A DNA stretch of 63,006 nucleotides, counting the filler, from Globobulimina sp. (lineage: Eukaryota): NCBI GenBank assembly GCA_003354225.1. It is 16 parts of 16 records of this genome, joined end to end, with 100 filler letters (N's around TTAATTAATTAA, not from the genome) between each part and the next. Parts side by side here need not be neighbours in the genome. Positions count along the whole stretch, not along the records: positions 11,841 to 15,686 come from PIVH01002001.1; positions 15,787 to 19,632 come from PIVH01002002.1; positions 19,733 to 23,578 come from PIVH01002003.1; positions 23,679 to 27,523 come from PIVH01002004.1; 12 more parts are not named here. The stretch is one strand, 5' to 3'. The stretch's first letter is position 1. Every line of letters starts with the position of its first letter. Of this stretch, positions 11,904 through 23,709 are shown piece by piece. Made by a program: the position numbers and the translations under genes. The notes under the pieces were generated by a model. The model was not told the DNA's origin, searched no databases, and was given only the letters and a program-made list of their open reading frames with translations.

Positions 11904-14900
11904 CCACCACAACAACCTATGAATCACGGTCGTAATCATGAAGAAAGACCGCCTTCTATACGTCCACCTAGTGTCAGACCGTCTTTTCCTCCACCACAAA
12001 GACCGTCGTTTCCACCACCATCTCATATTCGTCAACCTTTACATTCACAAGGATTGCCTCCAACACCATTGAATCGTGTAACTCTTTTACAAAGAGGCCA
12101 AGCAGCTCCAACAATGCAAACTGACGAATGGACTAAATTAACTCAACAGGCAGAAATGCTCAGAAATGCATTAGCCAGTATTGAAGAACAACGAAACAAT
12201 TTAAGCCAACGAAGACCTGCCACTTCAGATCAAGCAGCAGAGGAACGTAGAGAAAGTGTTACAAACTTCAGTAATTACTCTACAAGACAAGCAGCTGGAG
12301 TATCGAATGCCGAAAATCAATTTTGGGGTGGTTTTTCTCAAACTGAACCACAAAGGTCAAATACCAATGTGCCCCCCAGTGCCCCATATGGCAATGTACC
12401 TGGAGTACATTTTAATTTTCCACCGCCACCAGAACCAATGGCTTCGTCCCAACCGCCAGGACCACCTCCACCACCAGCAACAGGTTATGGTAGTCCATAC
12501 GGCGCTGCGACCGGCCCCCCGGACTTCGACCGATTTGGCACTCATCCAGCTCAAGTTATCACTGAATCATTGCAATCAGTAGCAAATCAAATTGCCAGAT
12601 TGAAAGAGACTGATGCTCAAGTACCTGCTTGGCTCAGATCAGCCACAGGATTAAAAGAATTAGACATAATCAAAGACGACATTAAACAATGGATCCTAAA
12701 ATTTGAAATGATGGCAGCTTATCTCAATGCTAAAGATGATATCACCAAAGTTGCTTTTCTCACTAGTAAACTTCCTAGTGCTTGCCTCACGGTACTACAA
12801 ATGCAACCCCCCGAAGTTCTCGAAGATTATGATGAAGTCAAACGTATTTTAATTACTCGATTTGCTGACAATCGTACACCAGCTGAAAGAATCGATGAAC
12901 TCAGTACGGTAAGACAAGGTTCAAATTCAGTTCAAGAATATATCCAGAAATTTGAAGGAAAAATGATGCATTGTTGCCCCCCCCAAATTGGAGATGTGGA
13001 ACCATTATTATTAAATGTCTTTCGTCAAGGTTTAAATCAAAATGTTAGAACATGCTTCAAAATTCTCAACAAACCATCTCATATGAGTCTACAAGATGTG
13101 TTCAAATATGCCATTCGAGCTGAAACGATGACTAAAGATTCAGATCTTAAATCAATCTTCCCATCTTCAGAGAGACAAAGTTATGATCGACCTCGACCTC
13201 GAACAGCGGACCGTTCGACAGCTGGAGGGGGAGGTGGTGCATCCAACCGGAGCGACAGTGGTACTCGTCCTGTACGTACTTTGCCCCCATATACACCGGG
13301 CGGAGTCGAAAAGCCGAAAGAATACTTGGATTCAACAGCTTGGGATGAATGGCTTAGTCACCACAAACCAGTTTATGAAAAAGCAGCCGGAGACGAACAA
13401 TATGATCGGGCTTTACGAAAATATGATCAATTACAAAAAGATAAAGCTCAAACGCCCCCTGTTAGCCCATCACGGAATCCATCACGAAAAATGCGATCTA
13501 CAAACACAAATGCCGAAGTAGTAAATCGTACACCCGAAGAAATGAATCAAATTGTCAACAGAGATCAATTGTCACCAAATGTGCAAGAATATTATGACAT
13601 TCTTGCTAAGACTGGCCTGAGTGTTACATGGCAAAATCTGCAGGATTTTATCAGCCGTGCTGCAGTCGAGATGTTGACTGACTTGCAGCAAAACGGTAAA
13701 TCGACGGTCAGCATAACCACCCCATCCATTCCCTTGCAACAAAAACAAACGCCACAAGTCACCATTAACCCTAATGAAAAAGTTATCTTTATCCAGTCTA
13801 ATTATGAAAAGTTGGTGTCTGTTGCAAGACTTACTTATATTTTATGTAAAATTGGCCGCGCTGAATGGACCGTATTTATTGATTGCGGCGCCTCTATGAA
13901 CATTATTGGTCCAGACTTATTCCAACACATTTGTCATATCAGAAATAACAAAAGAGTCATCTTTCCCTTAGCAGAACCCCTTGAAGTGAAAGGATGGACG
14001 AATGACAAAGATTATTTACATGATGTTGTTGAATTAGAAGTTGAATATGGTGGGACAACTACTAAAATAGTAGCCTTTGTCGACATGAATTCGGAACACT
14101 CACTTACTTTGGGACAAGCCGGCCTTACTAGCTTCCCATTGGCTTTAATCGATCTACGAACACGTCAAGTTTTGACCCCTAAATTGCCAATGAACGCCGA
14201 CCAATGTGAATTCATTGAATTGCCTAAAGGAGACACAGTTGCTATTCAAACCAGGAGTGTCGCGGATGACGGAACCAAGAAAGTCATTCCACAAAGTGAG
14301 AATCAGTCCACATGGGACCAAGCCATCAAACCAACCATTCCTTTGGCCCCTCCTGTATTTTATCGTGCATCAACCCCTGACAACAACTACCCCGAATTTT
14401 GGCAGGAACCCATCACTGGGGAACAATTTCCAGTTGACCAACAAACTGGATTGCCATACCCCATATCTAATGATGCCACTAACGAACGCTGTTTCCCTGG
14501 AACACCAATGGGTGATATGATCATTCGGGCCAGCATCGAATCACAGAAAGTGGCCAAACAATACAACTCTGACACGCCTAATCAACCACTCAAAATGGAC
14601 ACCGCTGAATTTGCCATTCCTACTGAATCAATTGAACATAACGAAAATTCAGTCAAAACACCCATAACAGCCCATTTCAAATTACGAAAAGCTGTACATT
14701 TGGCACCAGAAACGTCCAGACGAGTAAAAGTCTTTTGTAAAGAAAATTTTAAACAAGGTGAGGAAATTTTATTTGACCCTAGTAGTAATTTAGCTGAAGA
14801 AGATCTAACAGCGCCCACCTCTTTACTACGAATGCAACGAAAAGGGCAAGCTGTCATCATATTGGAAAACCCCAGCACTTTGCCGGTCATTTTGCCAGCA

Positions 14901-15686
14901 AACACTGAAATGGGAACGGCAGAACCATATCATACAATTCTGCATCCTATTCTTGATGATCAGACAGAGGTTGACAATTTGGATGAATCGGACCTCACTG
15001 AACATACTTGTCATCAAAAAGTTCGTGAATTGTTGAAGAAAGATCGGCCAGACTTTACCCAAGAAGAGCGACTTCTAAAAATCCAAAAACGACATGCTGA
15101 TGGAAGAGTGACAGAACAAGCCACAAAAGTTGCTATTCAAAGAGCACTAGCGTGTGAACTGGTAGAAAATCAATACGCTAAAACTAAAGAAACTCTCACC
15201 AAAACCATCGCTCCACTAACTCAAGAAGAAAGAATCCAAAAGTTGAAAGAACAAACAGACTTAGGACATCTGGAGCCAGAACTAGCAGACAAAGTCATGA
15301 AATGGATTGTTGAACATGAATCATGTTTTAGCCTCAGTAACAGCGACTTGGGAGAATGTGATGTATGGCTACATGAAATCGATACAGGTACAGCCGATCC
15401 GGTAAGACTGCCGATGCGGCGCCTTCCTCATGCACTCATTCAAATTGTGGAAGATGAAATTAAAAGTTTGCTAGATGCTGGAATAATTCGTCGTGCATAC
15501 ACCGATTGGGTCAGCCCAGTAGTACCAGTAATCAAGAAAGATGGTTCTATTCGAGTCTGTGTCGACTACAGAGAATTAAACAAAAGAACCCGCCGCGATG
15601 AATTCCCCCTGCCGCGGATTGACGAATTGCTGGACGCCATCGGAATTATCAAACCCAGATATTTTTGCAAATTGGATTTCACCAAA
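11841..15686 (+). mobile_element. Ty3/Gypsy LTR retrotransposon gag-pol (capsid, aspartic protease, RT N-terminus), truncated at both contig ends
   Basis: Capsid 'RQGSNSVQEYIQKF' and protease 'VFIDCGAS'. RT motifs 'HEIDTG..PVR', 'WVSPVVPVIKKDGSIRVCVDYRELNK', 'FPLPRIDELLD' and 'YFCKLDF'. Confidence 0.95.
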
Positions 15687-15786
15687 NNNNNNNNNNNNNN
15701 NNNNNNNNNNNNNNNNNNNNNNNNNNNNNNTTAATTAATTAANNNNNNNNNNNNNNNNNNNNNNNNNNNNNNNNNNNNNNNNNNNN

Positions 15787-17564
15787 TGTACATGAGCACC
15801 CACTGTTTGTTGAGCACCCAATGTCGGTGTATCATCGCCTTGCACATACATTTGATCATCACTATCACTGCTTATATCCCCTACATTGTGTCCTCCAGCA
15901 CCTACAACAAAATTAGAACATCAAATCATTAACAACTATAACAAAAATGTACCTGCTGTGGCATGTTGCAACTTTATATGCTGCGCAGCCATATCATAAG
16001 CACCAACATTAACATCAACAGATACATCCGGTGTTGGATATTTATGTTCCTGTACAGCATCCAAATTAACCGGACTCATTGAGGAACCCTTCGAATTCCG
16101 AATATCACCATGCGTACTGGGTGTCTGTGTACGTTGTCTTTGCGGCACTGGATCACCATACATATCCTCATACAAATCAGCATTAAATGAGCCTTCATCC
16201 ATACTCCCCTCGCCACTTTGGGACGGAATCTCGCTTGATTCGCGTCGGTTTTTTTTGCGCTTTTTGACGCGTTTTCGAAATAAAATGCGGAGAGGAACAC
16301 CGGCCGCAACTATCCGACGATATATGTCCTTGCTACCAATACCTTCAATACTCTCACCGTTGAGAGCTACCAACTTATAACCTACTTTCACGTTATTCTG
16401 CGCCGCTTGGCCGTCTATTTGCACTTTACTGACATATAAACTATATCTGTCTTTTTTCATTGTTCTCATGGCCATTCCAAATGGTTTCGACGTAAATATC
16501 ACATGGAATTCGTCACGAAGCGGCACAATTAATTGTGGCGATGTGAAGGTGCGTGGTTTCTTACGTGATACCATTTGAATATTGACGCTGTTTAAAGGCA
16601 GGGACATTGCATTCGGTCGCGTCATATTTGGAACTGCGGCTGTTTCATTCGTAGAGGAGACACTTAATGGATGGATAGAAGCAGGTTTTGGTTTTAATTG
16701 TTGTCTGGATGAGCTGCTTTGAAGTGCCTGCTGCGAGCTGGAAATCTGTTTTTTGTGGAAACAGCACCGTTTTTTTAAGAAACAGATGTAACAAATTAAA
16801 CAGCAGATTAAAAGTGATGCTGTTAAGCCAATGACAGCAACGAATTTATTGGCATTGGATTTGTCCAGCCATCTATATATTGGATTGTCCTCAACAACAT
16901 TTGACTGTGAATCGTCTTCTTCGCCATTGTCAGTCGCAGCCATTGTCAAGTTGCCACTTTCAGTGTTTATTAATTTTCTTTTTACTATGTATTGTGTATA
17001 ACAACATTTAGGGTATTATGTAACGAGGAGATAATGAACGTGATTTATTTAACTGTTGTTATCGTTTATATGATGCACAAATCCTTGATGCTGTTGGTTT
17101 GGAGCCGTTGTTAATATCTCAGTGGATGGAAACGTTATTATCGTAGCTAAAATAGACAATGAATTGTCACAGTTATTGTGTAAATGGACGGGACAAAACA
17201 TATTTATTTCGTGGTGGTTAGTATTTTCATCCCATACAATGATTGATTTAATAGTCACATGCTTAGAGCTTATAATATGCATTTTGTTCATTATTAATTC
17301 ATTTTGTGTTTCTTTATTTGTAGTTTCTTCAATATCACATGCATACAAATGATTAGCTTTTGATGGTTTAATAGTACATTCATACATCGAGTTATTCCAA
17401 TATAATGTTAGTACAGTTGGTATAGGCTGTGATCTAAAATCATCATTGGTTATAATCCCAAATGAAATAGGTTCTATGCTCGTTGAATATGCACATAAAC
17501 ATGACAACAATAACAGAAAAAACAGATCCCACAAAACTAACGTTAACTGATGTGACGACATCAT
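15787..17564 (-). CDS. Single-pass membrane protein with signal peptide and cytoplasmic PDZ domain (spliced)
   Basis: Signal peptide in ORF 17049-17564 and TM 'FVAVIGLTASLLICCLICYI'. PDZ motifs 'KPFGM', 'LYVSKVQ..GQAAQ..VKVGYKLVALNG'. Exon joins are inferred. Confidence 0.65.
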
Positions 17565-17792
17565 TTAAAGCTTATAAAATTACAACGAGGCGCAAAAACA
17601 ACGTACCAACATATTTCCTCGTCGCTTGCTTTTCCACCTACCAAAGCACTAAGAGACACGAAATAGTATTAAATAAAGTAGCGTGCCAGAATATGCATGC
17701 GACGTTTTTTGTTCATGAAAAATACCAATGTTCGGTTAACAAATTCAGATTTTTGATATATAAATAAACATGTACAATAGTGTCGAGATCAC

Positions 17793-18848
17793 TCAAGGCA
17801 ATTCATTAACATGTATTGTCTCTACTGTGCACGTCAACGAAGTTACAGTTTCCCTTTTGGCAGTATCATAGAGAGCACAAGACTCGCAAAGAGTAGTATC
17901 CTTTTTTGATGTCAACAATGCAATCCCAACCAGAATCAGTATCAACGCACTAAAAAACCCCAATTTTTTATCGCTCCGTGTAATATCCCAAAATTCACCA
18001 AAATAAGTGTAACCAATAGCGCATGCACACAATACTCCGCCAACTCTAAATATCGGAATAATAGTCGCCACATTATAATATTTCATCGCTTGTTGTTTAA
18101 AATATTCTAATCCTGAATTCGCGACAGCAAACGCAAGGACACAATACCAAAAAAACCATTCTTGATACAATTCCAAGTTTTTATGATGTTTCATCAATGA
18201 AAAAAATGATTTCTGAATCACCAAATTCCAACACGAAGAGTACGTAGCCAAATAGATATAACTTATCAACACCGCAGTTGTGCCGATCGCGACTTTCTTT
18301 TCTGTCTTCATACTTTGAACATTTGTGTTTAAATGGATATAATAGTTCAAAAGGACACAGCAAATCAATGCTAACACAGTCAATGCTAATTCAAAAATCC
18401 AAAACGAAGCTACGAAATATCTACCTTGGAAATAAGTGACCAAACCACGTATATCCTGTCCGTCTGTTTGTGACTTTCCTTCCTGAGGGCCACACAACAC
18501 AACCATAACGCAGCCAAAAAGAATGATGAACATTCCTTGGATATCTTTCATGCGTATTTTTTCATTCAAAAACTGCGCCGCAAAGATAGCATTCCAAATC
18601 AATGTCGTAGTTTCTAATGTGCCCACCACAGACAAACTGCCGTAGGCCAAAGCTGCACCGCCGATAATTGATCCAATCAAATAAATGACTAATCCGGTGA
18701 TCCAGATTTTGCTCTGATACAAATAAGTGTCTTGAGTTAACTCGTTGTGTGCTTTTTTCTGTATGCAATTACCGACAGCCCAGATTACAGTCGCAATCGT
18801 TGCTAATGTTACTGCTGTATAAATGTTCTCTGCTTTTTCTGCTGACAT
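17793..18848 (-). CDS. NIPA-family (DMT superfamily) Mg2+ transporter-like protein
   Basis: About nine TM helices. Motifs 'GNCIQKKAH', 'WITGL', 'ALAYGSLSVVGTL' and 'FAAQFLNEK' are typical of NIPA. Confidence 0.85.
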   Translation of the reverse strand: MSAEKAENIYTAVTLATIATVIWAVGNCIQKKAHNELTQDTYLYQSKIWITGLVIYLIGSIIGGAALAYGSLSVVGTLETTTLIWNAIFAAQFLNEKIRMKDIQGMFIILFGCVMVVLCGPQEGKSQTDGQDIRGLVTYFQGRYFVASFWIFELALTVLALICCVLLNYYIHLNTNVQSMKTEKKVAIGTTAVLISYIYLATYSSCWNLVIQKSFFSLMKHHKNLELYQEWFFWYCVLAFAVANSGLEYFKQQAMKYYNVATIIPIFRVGGVLCACAIGYTYFGEFWDITRSDKKLGFFSALILILVGIALLTSKKDTTLCESCALYDTAKRETVTSLTCTVETIHVNELP

Positions 18849-19732
18849 GATGGCAAAGCAAAAGATTAAATGTTTTTTTGAGTTTGATTCGCCGCAAAAT
18901 GTAAAATGCGAATAGCCGGAACTGAAAGATCGAGTAAGCTGCGGATACTTTGTCCGTACTCGTATACTAGCATCAGGAAGATGGTGATAACAAATACATA
19001 GGATCTTCTAAATTCTGAGTACTGCAAAGTGTAATAAACCTAAACCGCAGCTCACAGTGTCAATTTTTTCCCACAATTATCACATTGAGAAGGTTTTTCC
19101 GATGAATGGACTGCTTGATGTATTGAAATTTTCTATGTATTCTATTGTTTAAATATAATTTTATAAGTTTCTATGTATTGAAAGATCCATTCTGTATCAT
19201 CTGTTCCTTGAAACTTATTCAATATACTTGTTAAATATCTGCACAGAGGGCGTTGGGCGTTTCTGTGTGGTGGTGAATTAATCATAATGTTTATGATGTG
19301 TTAGTGCTAGTACTTTTTGGTTGCAAACATAATTTGGAAGAAACCTCAAATGATTGTGACCAGTTCAACTATAATACTACAAGGAAAAACTTTGAGTTTT
19401 TTTTACTAAGCTTGCCCTAATGCCCTTTCATTATGTTCAAATCCTTAAAAGATGTAGCGAGTGAAAGTGAATCTGCAGCATTATCCATAAGTATAGACGA
19501 TGATGATACATATGATGCAAGCGATAAACCAAAAAAAATAAAAGAAAACAAGTCAGTGAATCTTATCCGATCACTTTCATACAATATTAAAGAAAAATTG
19601 CAAAAAAAAAAATTCGATCGCCTGGAACTTGANNNNNNNNNNNNNNNNNNNNNNNNNNNNNNNNNNNNNNNNNNNNTTAATTAATTAANNNNNNNNNNNN
19701 NNNNNNNNNNNNNNNNNNNNNNNNNNNNNNNN

Positions 19733-19942
19733 GTATTGGATGTGAAACGTGAGAACCGCGGCCCCCAAATTGTACTTTCCCGGGCGCAGTCGAACTTTAT
19801 TAAACGGCTTTTTCAGATGGAAGTTCCGGAGATTTACGAAGGGATTGTTGAGATAAAAGCCATTTCCCGTGATGTTGGAGAAAGGACAAAAATTGCGGTT
19901 TATTCAAAGGATGAAAAAGTGGATTGTGTCGGTGCTTGCGTT
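19733..19942 (+). CDS. nusA: Bacterial transcription factor NusA fragment (S1/KH1 region), broken at the junction with eukaryotic DNA
   Basis: 'GPQIVLSR..F..EVPEIYEGIVEIKAISRDVGERTKIAV..VDCVGACV'. The expected continuation 'G.RG.R' is absent. Confidence 0.9.
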
Positions 19943-20185
19943 GCTTTCATTTGTTTCTGCTGACATAGTTTATTTCAACTCGAGATCGTGTGGTATATTA
20001 ATTATATACAGATGAAGTGCCGTGCGATATGCAACTAATGACAGAGGTGATACAGAAAACAAATTAAAGATTTTTTGTCTGAGGAAATATTAATAAAGGT
20101 GGAAAACTGTTGTTTTTGCAAAATGCAAGCTTGCTGAACCCAGACTTAGACCCAGGAAACGAGAGTCCTTTTAATTAGATTGAGA

Positions 20186-21541
20186 ATGTTGAGCGGAATA
20201 TTTTTTTACAATGAATCAGGTGATCTGATATTGGGCCGATTTTATAAATCCGATATGAGCAAATTGGTTGTCGACGCATTTAAAGAAAACGTATTAATTC
20301 CTCGTAAATTTGACAAACCGGTTCAACTCATTGATGGCTTTTCTTTTTTATTTGTTCGTTCCGGCAGTATGTATGTCGTCGGGGCCACGGGAACCAACGC
20401 CAACGCAAGCTTAATATTTCAATTTTTATACGACATTATTGCTTTATTTCGGAGCTATTTCGATGATAAATTTGATGAGCAATCATTTCGAGATCATTTT
20501 ACTTCAATTTATGAATTATTGGACGAAGTAATGGATAACGGTTTTCCTCAAATAACCTCTGCAGATTTATTGCAAGAATATATTAAAACGACAAAGCGAA
20601 ACAAAACAAGCAATGGGAACCGATTCCAATCGCCAGATCAAAAAAAGGAGAAACCAGCAAATGAAATAACCGCAGCAATCACCGGACGAATGGATTGGAG
20701 ACCACCTTCGAATTATAACTACAACAAAAATGAAGTTTATTTAGACGTGTTAGAAAATGTAAACCTATTAATGTCTAAAAGCGGCGACATATTGAATATA
20801 AATGCAACTGGAAGGGTTTTGATGAAAACACTGTTATCCGGAATGCCCGAAGCAAGGATCGGAATAAATGATAAATTATGTATAAAGAATGCGAGCACAT
20901 ACAATGACAAAGCAAACAACAAATTAAATAGTAAGTCATCAAAAGGAACTAATTATATACATTTGAACGATATCAAATTGCATCGTTGTGTTCGTTTGGG
21001 TCAATTTGATGAGGATCGGTCCATTTTATTTGTGCCACCCGATGGAGAATTCGAGTTAATGAGATATTCCGTATCAAATTTAAGTTTGCCATTCCATGTT
21101 CATGCAAATATCATAGAGAGAGGCGATCCGACCACGCGAATAGTGTACGATATAAGATTAGAAGCAAAATTCCAGTCATCCATGTATGCGACAGATGTTT
21201 TGTTATATATTCCAACGCCAAGAAACGCGAATAAATGCAATCTGCAAGTAAGTCACGGAAAAATAAATTATGAACCAACACTACATTGTTTAGTGTGGAA
21301 AAGTAAGAAAATATATGGAAATCAGTCGGTATTAATGAAAGGAGAGGTGATTTTAACGCGTTTGATGGTGGATAAACAATGGGCGCGGCCACCAATTAAA
21401 ATGAAATTTGAAGTGAGGATGTTGGCTGCTTCTGGAATGAAGATAAGATATTTGAAAATTACAGAAAAAAAGTTAGGATATAAAACTGCGAAATGGGTAA
21501 GATATTTAACCAACGCTGGGAATTATCAAATTCGAATCTAA
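20186..21541 (+). CDS. AP2M1: AP-2 adaptor complex mu subunit
   Basis: N-terminus 'MLSGIFFYN..GD.IL.RFY'. Motifs 'YELLDE.MD.GFPQ', 'KNEVYLDVLE', 'HRCVRL..F..DRSI.FVPPDGEFELMRY' and 'KWVRYLT.AG.YQIRI'. Confidence 0.9.
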   Translation: MLSGIFFYNESGDLILGRFYKSDMSKLVVDAFKENVLIPRKFDKPVQLIDGFSFLFVRSGSMYVVGATGTNANASLIFQFLYDIIALFRSYFDDKFDEQSFRDHFTSIYELLDEVMDNGFPQITSADLLQEYIKTTKRNKTSNGNRFQSPDQKKEKPANEITAAITGRMDWRPPSNYNYNKNEVYLDVLENVNLLMSKSGDILNINATGRVLMKTLLSGMPEARIGINDKLCIKNASTYNDKANNKLNSKSSKGTNYIHLNDIKLHRCVRLGQFDEDRSILFVPPDGEFELMRYSVSNLSLPFHVHANIIERGDPTTRIVYDIRLEAKFQSSMYATDVLLYIPTPRNANKCNLQVSHGKINYEPTLHCLVWKSKKIYGNQSVLMKGEVILTRLMVDKQWARPPIKMKFEVRMLAASGMKIRYLKITEKKLGYKTAKWVRYLTNAGNYQIRI

Positions 21542-21898
21542 TATATTAATATTTAATGTTAGTGTTTATTTATTTAATTGAAGCAAATATTATATGATTT
21601 ATATCGTTTTAAATTTATTATTTACGAATAGATTTCTCAGTTTGCAAAATAAAATGCAAACTAAAAATCTCGGAAATAAACACACGCAGAGTTCGCCGTT
21701 TAGAAAAAAGTTAATATATATTTTATACTCGTTAAAAATAATTAACCCTTTAATTCTAGAAACAAACACCACAAACAAATCATTATTTTCTCTGCAAAGA
21801 TTTACATACTCGTTTTATAATATTACTTCAAGTGCTACGCCTGCTAGTTCTATGTATACGCATATGAAGGTTTTTAGCCCAATACGTTTTAGTAGTTA

Positions 21899-22093
21899 AA
21901 CGATGACTAGCTCACTTCAAGAAAATCTTAATATCAGCGTTCTCACCTCATAGACGACAGTGCAAGGATAGATTTTTCCAGGATCCTAGCATATGAAAGA
22001 AGAGACAAATCTATGCAATAAAGGTAAACATTTGTCGTCTATGAGGTGAGAACCCTGATATTAAGATTTTCTTCAAGTGAGCTAGTCATCGTT
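21899..22093. repeat. Inverted repeat: 61-bp arms with 2 mismatches around a 73-nt loop (hairpin-RNA or MITE-like)
   Basis: 21899-21959 is the reverse complement of 22033-22093 except at two positions. Confidence 0.92.
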
Positions 22094-22222
22094 AAACAAA
22101 CTTATATTTCGGGATGCAAATCGATGGCAAAATACACGTAGACTTTTTCTCCTTGCACACAATTATTATTAAGATTCGCCAAATAAAATGAATTCAGTTC
22201 AGTTCAATTTTAATCAGTGACA

Positions 22223-22632
22223 TCAATCAAATCGTTTGAAATTATATTGCTCCCTCATAGGGTCCGTACCTCCTAAATAATCAAATTGATCGATGTTTCC
22301 ATCTCTGCCCAACAACACGTCCATACCAAACGGAATTCCTCTGTGCATTGGTGTTGGTTTCGCTTTTCTTAACACATATTCGTCCATATCTTGCCTAAAT
22401 GCAGCGTGAATACCATACATTTTTGCTAATCTCTCTTTTAATTCTGTCCGTTGTCTATGTAATATTTGTTGATGTACAATTTGTAATGGATGTGGTGCAC
22501 GCATTGAATTTGCTGGACGCGTTGAATCAAATTCAACCACTGATTTTTTCAATTTCCCTCCAATTGGAATCGTTGCCTTATTATTAAATTAATACCATAT
22601 CATATTATCAATGAATAAAAACATCATACCAT
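22223..22632 (-). CDS. POMP: Proteasome maturation factor UMP1/POMP
   Basis: 'HPLQ', 'LAKMYGIHAAFRQDMD' and 'DVLLGRDGNID..DYLG'. The first exon is ATG only, and intron 22577-22629 restores the frame. Confidence 0.8.
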
Positions 22633-22836
22633 TATTGATTTTTTATTAAAAAAACAAGTTTATTCGACGATCGAAAATTAAATGATGATGAACTCACTCA
22701 AACAATAACCAACTAACAAAAAAAACTTTTTGTCAAGCATCATTTTGTTAGTGATCTTGGCACCAATCAGTTATCCATCAATCTCAATCACTCTCAATCT
22801 CCAACCAAAACCAAACCAAACTAACCACATCACACT

Positions 22837-23578
22837 ATGTCAAAGAAAGCGAAGAAAGCGAAGAAAGACTCCGAAGACCAAGACAACGACGAAGAATATC
22901 GCGACCGTCAAGACCGATGGTCTGGCTTTCATTTCACGCGTTTGACGTGCATTAGCATCTTGACCCTGATCATCATGATCGTAGCCTTAATCTTGGACAA
23001 TTTATCAGTATGGGGCAAGAACCGCGAGTGCACCTGGTTCGAATGCGCGCAATCACAGTGTTCCTGCGGCAGCCAATCTGGCGACGCCTTCGACCATTAT
23101 CCCACTTGCGAGGCCAACGGCGAATGTGGATGGCGCACTGGTTACACCAAATGGATCCAGCCCGCCCCAGCCTCGCCGGGCTGTCCGGGCTGCTCAGATG
23201 GCACTTATTGCGTGGAAGGCAGTGCTAAGTCGAGCAGCAGCGGCAATGCCTGGGAGAGTGCAGTGGTTAATTGGGACTCTGAGTTTAATTTCGCCGACTT
23301 ATGCAAGGACAATGACGACGACGATGCCTGTATGGCCATGGACGGCGGCAATGTGTATCTCGCCTTTACCATTTTTGCCATCATATTCAATTTGTTCACG
23401 TTATGTCTCATCGCTCCACGTATGTATTATACGCAAAATCGCAGGTTGTACCATCGCAAAATCGCAATAATATGATACTATGACAGTGTATTGCAGGGAT
23501 TCGAGTATATTTCCCTGCGAAGTTTGCAACGAAAAGACGCATATTTTCTTGGGCTGTTTGTATTTCTGTACGTTTTTT
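22837..23578 (+). CDS. Claudin/tetraspan-like membrane protein with a Cys-rich extracellular loop (3' truncated)
   Basis: TM1, a Cys-rich loop containing 'CGW', 'LC..C' before TM2, then a probable intron. Confidence 0.5.
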
Positions 23579-23709
23579 NNNNNNNNNNNNNNNNNNNNNN
23601 NNNNNNNNNNNNNNNNNNNNNNTTAATTAATTAANNNNNNNNNNNNNNNNNNNNNNNNNNNNNNNNNNNNNNNNNNNNGTTACAAACATATCGACAGTTT
23701 CTATTGTTG

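Noticed and set aside
19035-19046. TAAACCTAAACC as a telomerase RNA template
   Set aside because: It sits against the closing stem with no evident downstream pseudoknot. The G-U pairing favours the opposite strand, and the host telomere repeat is unknown.
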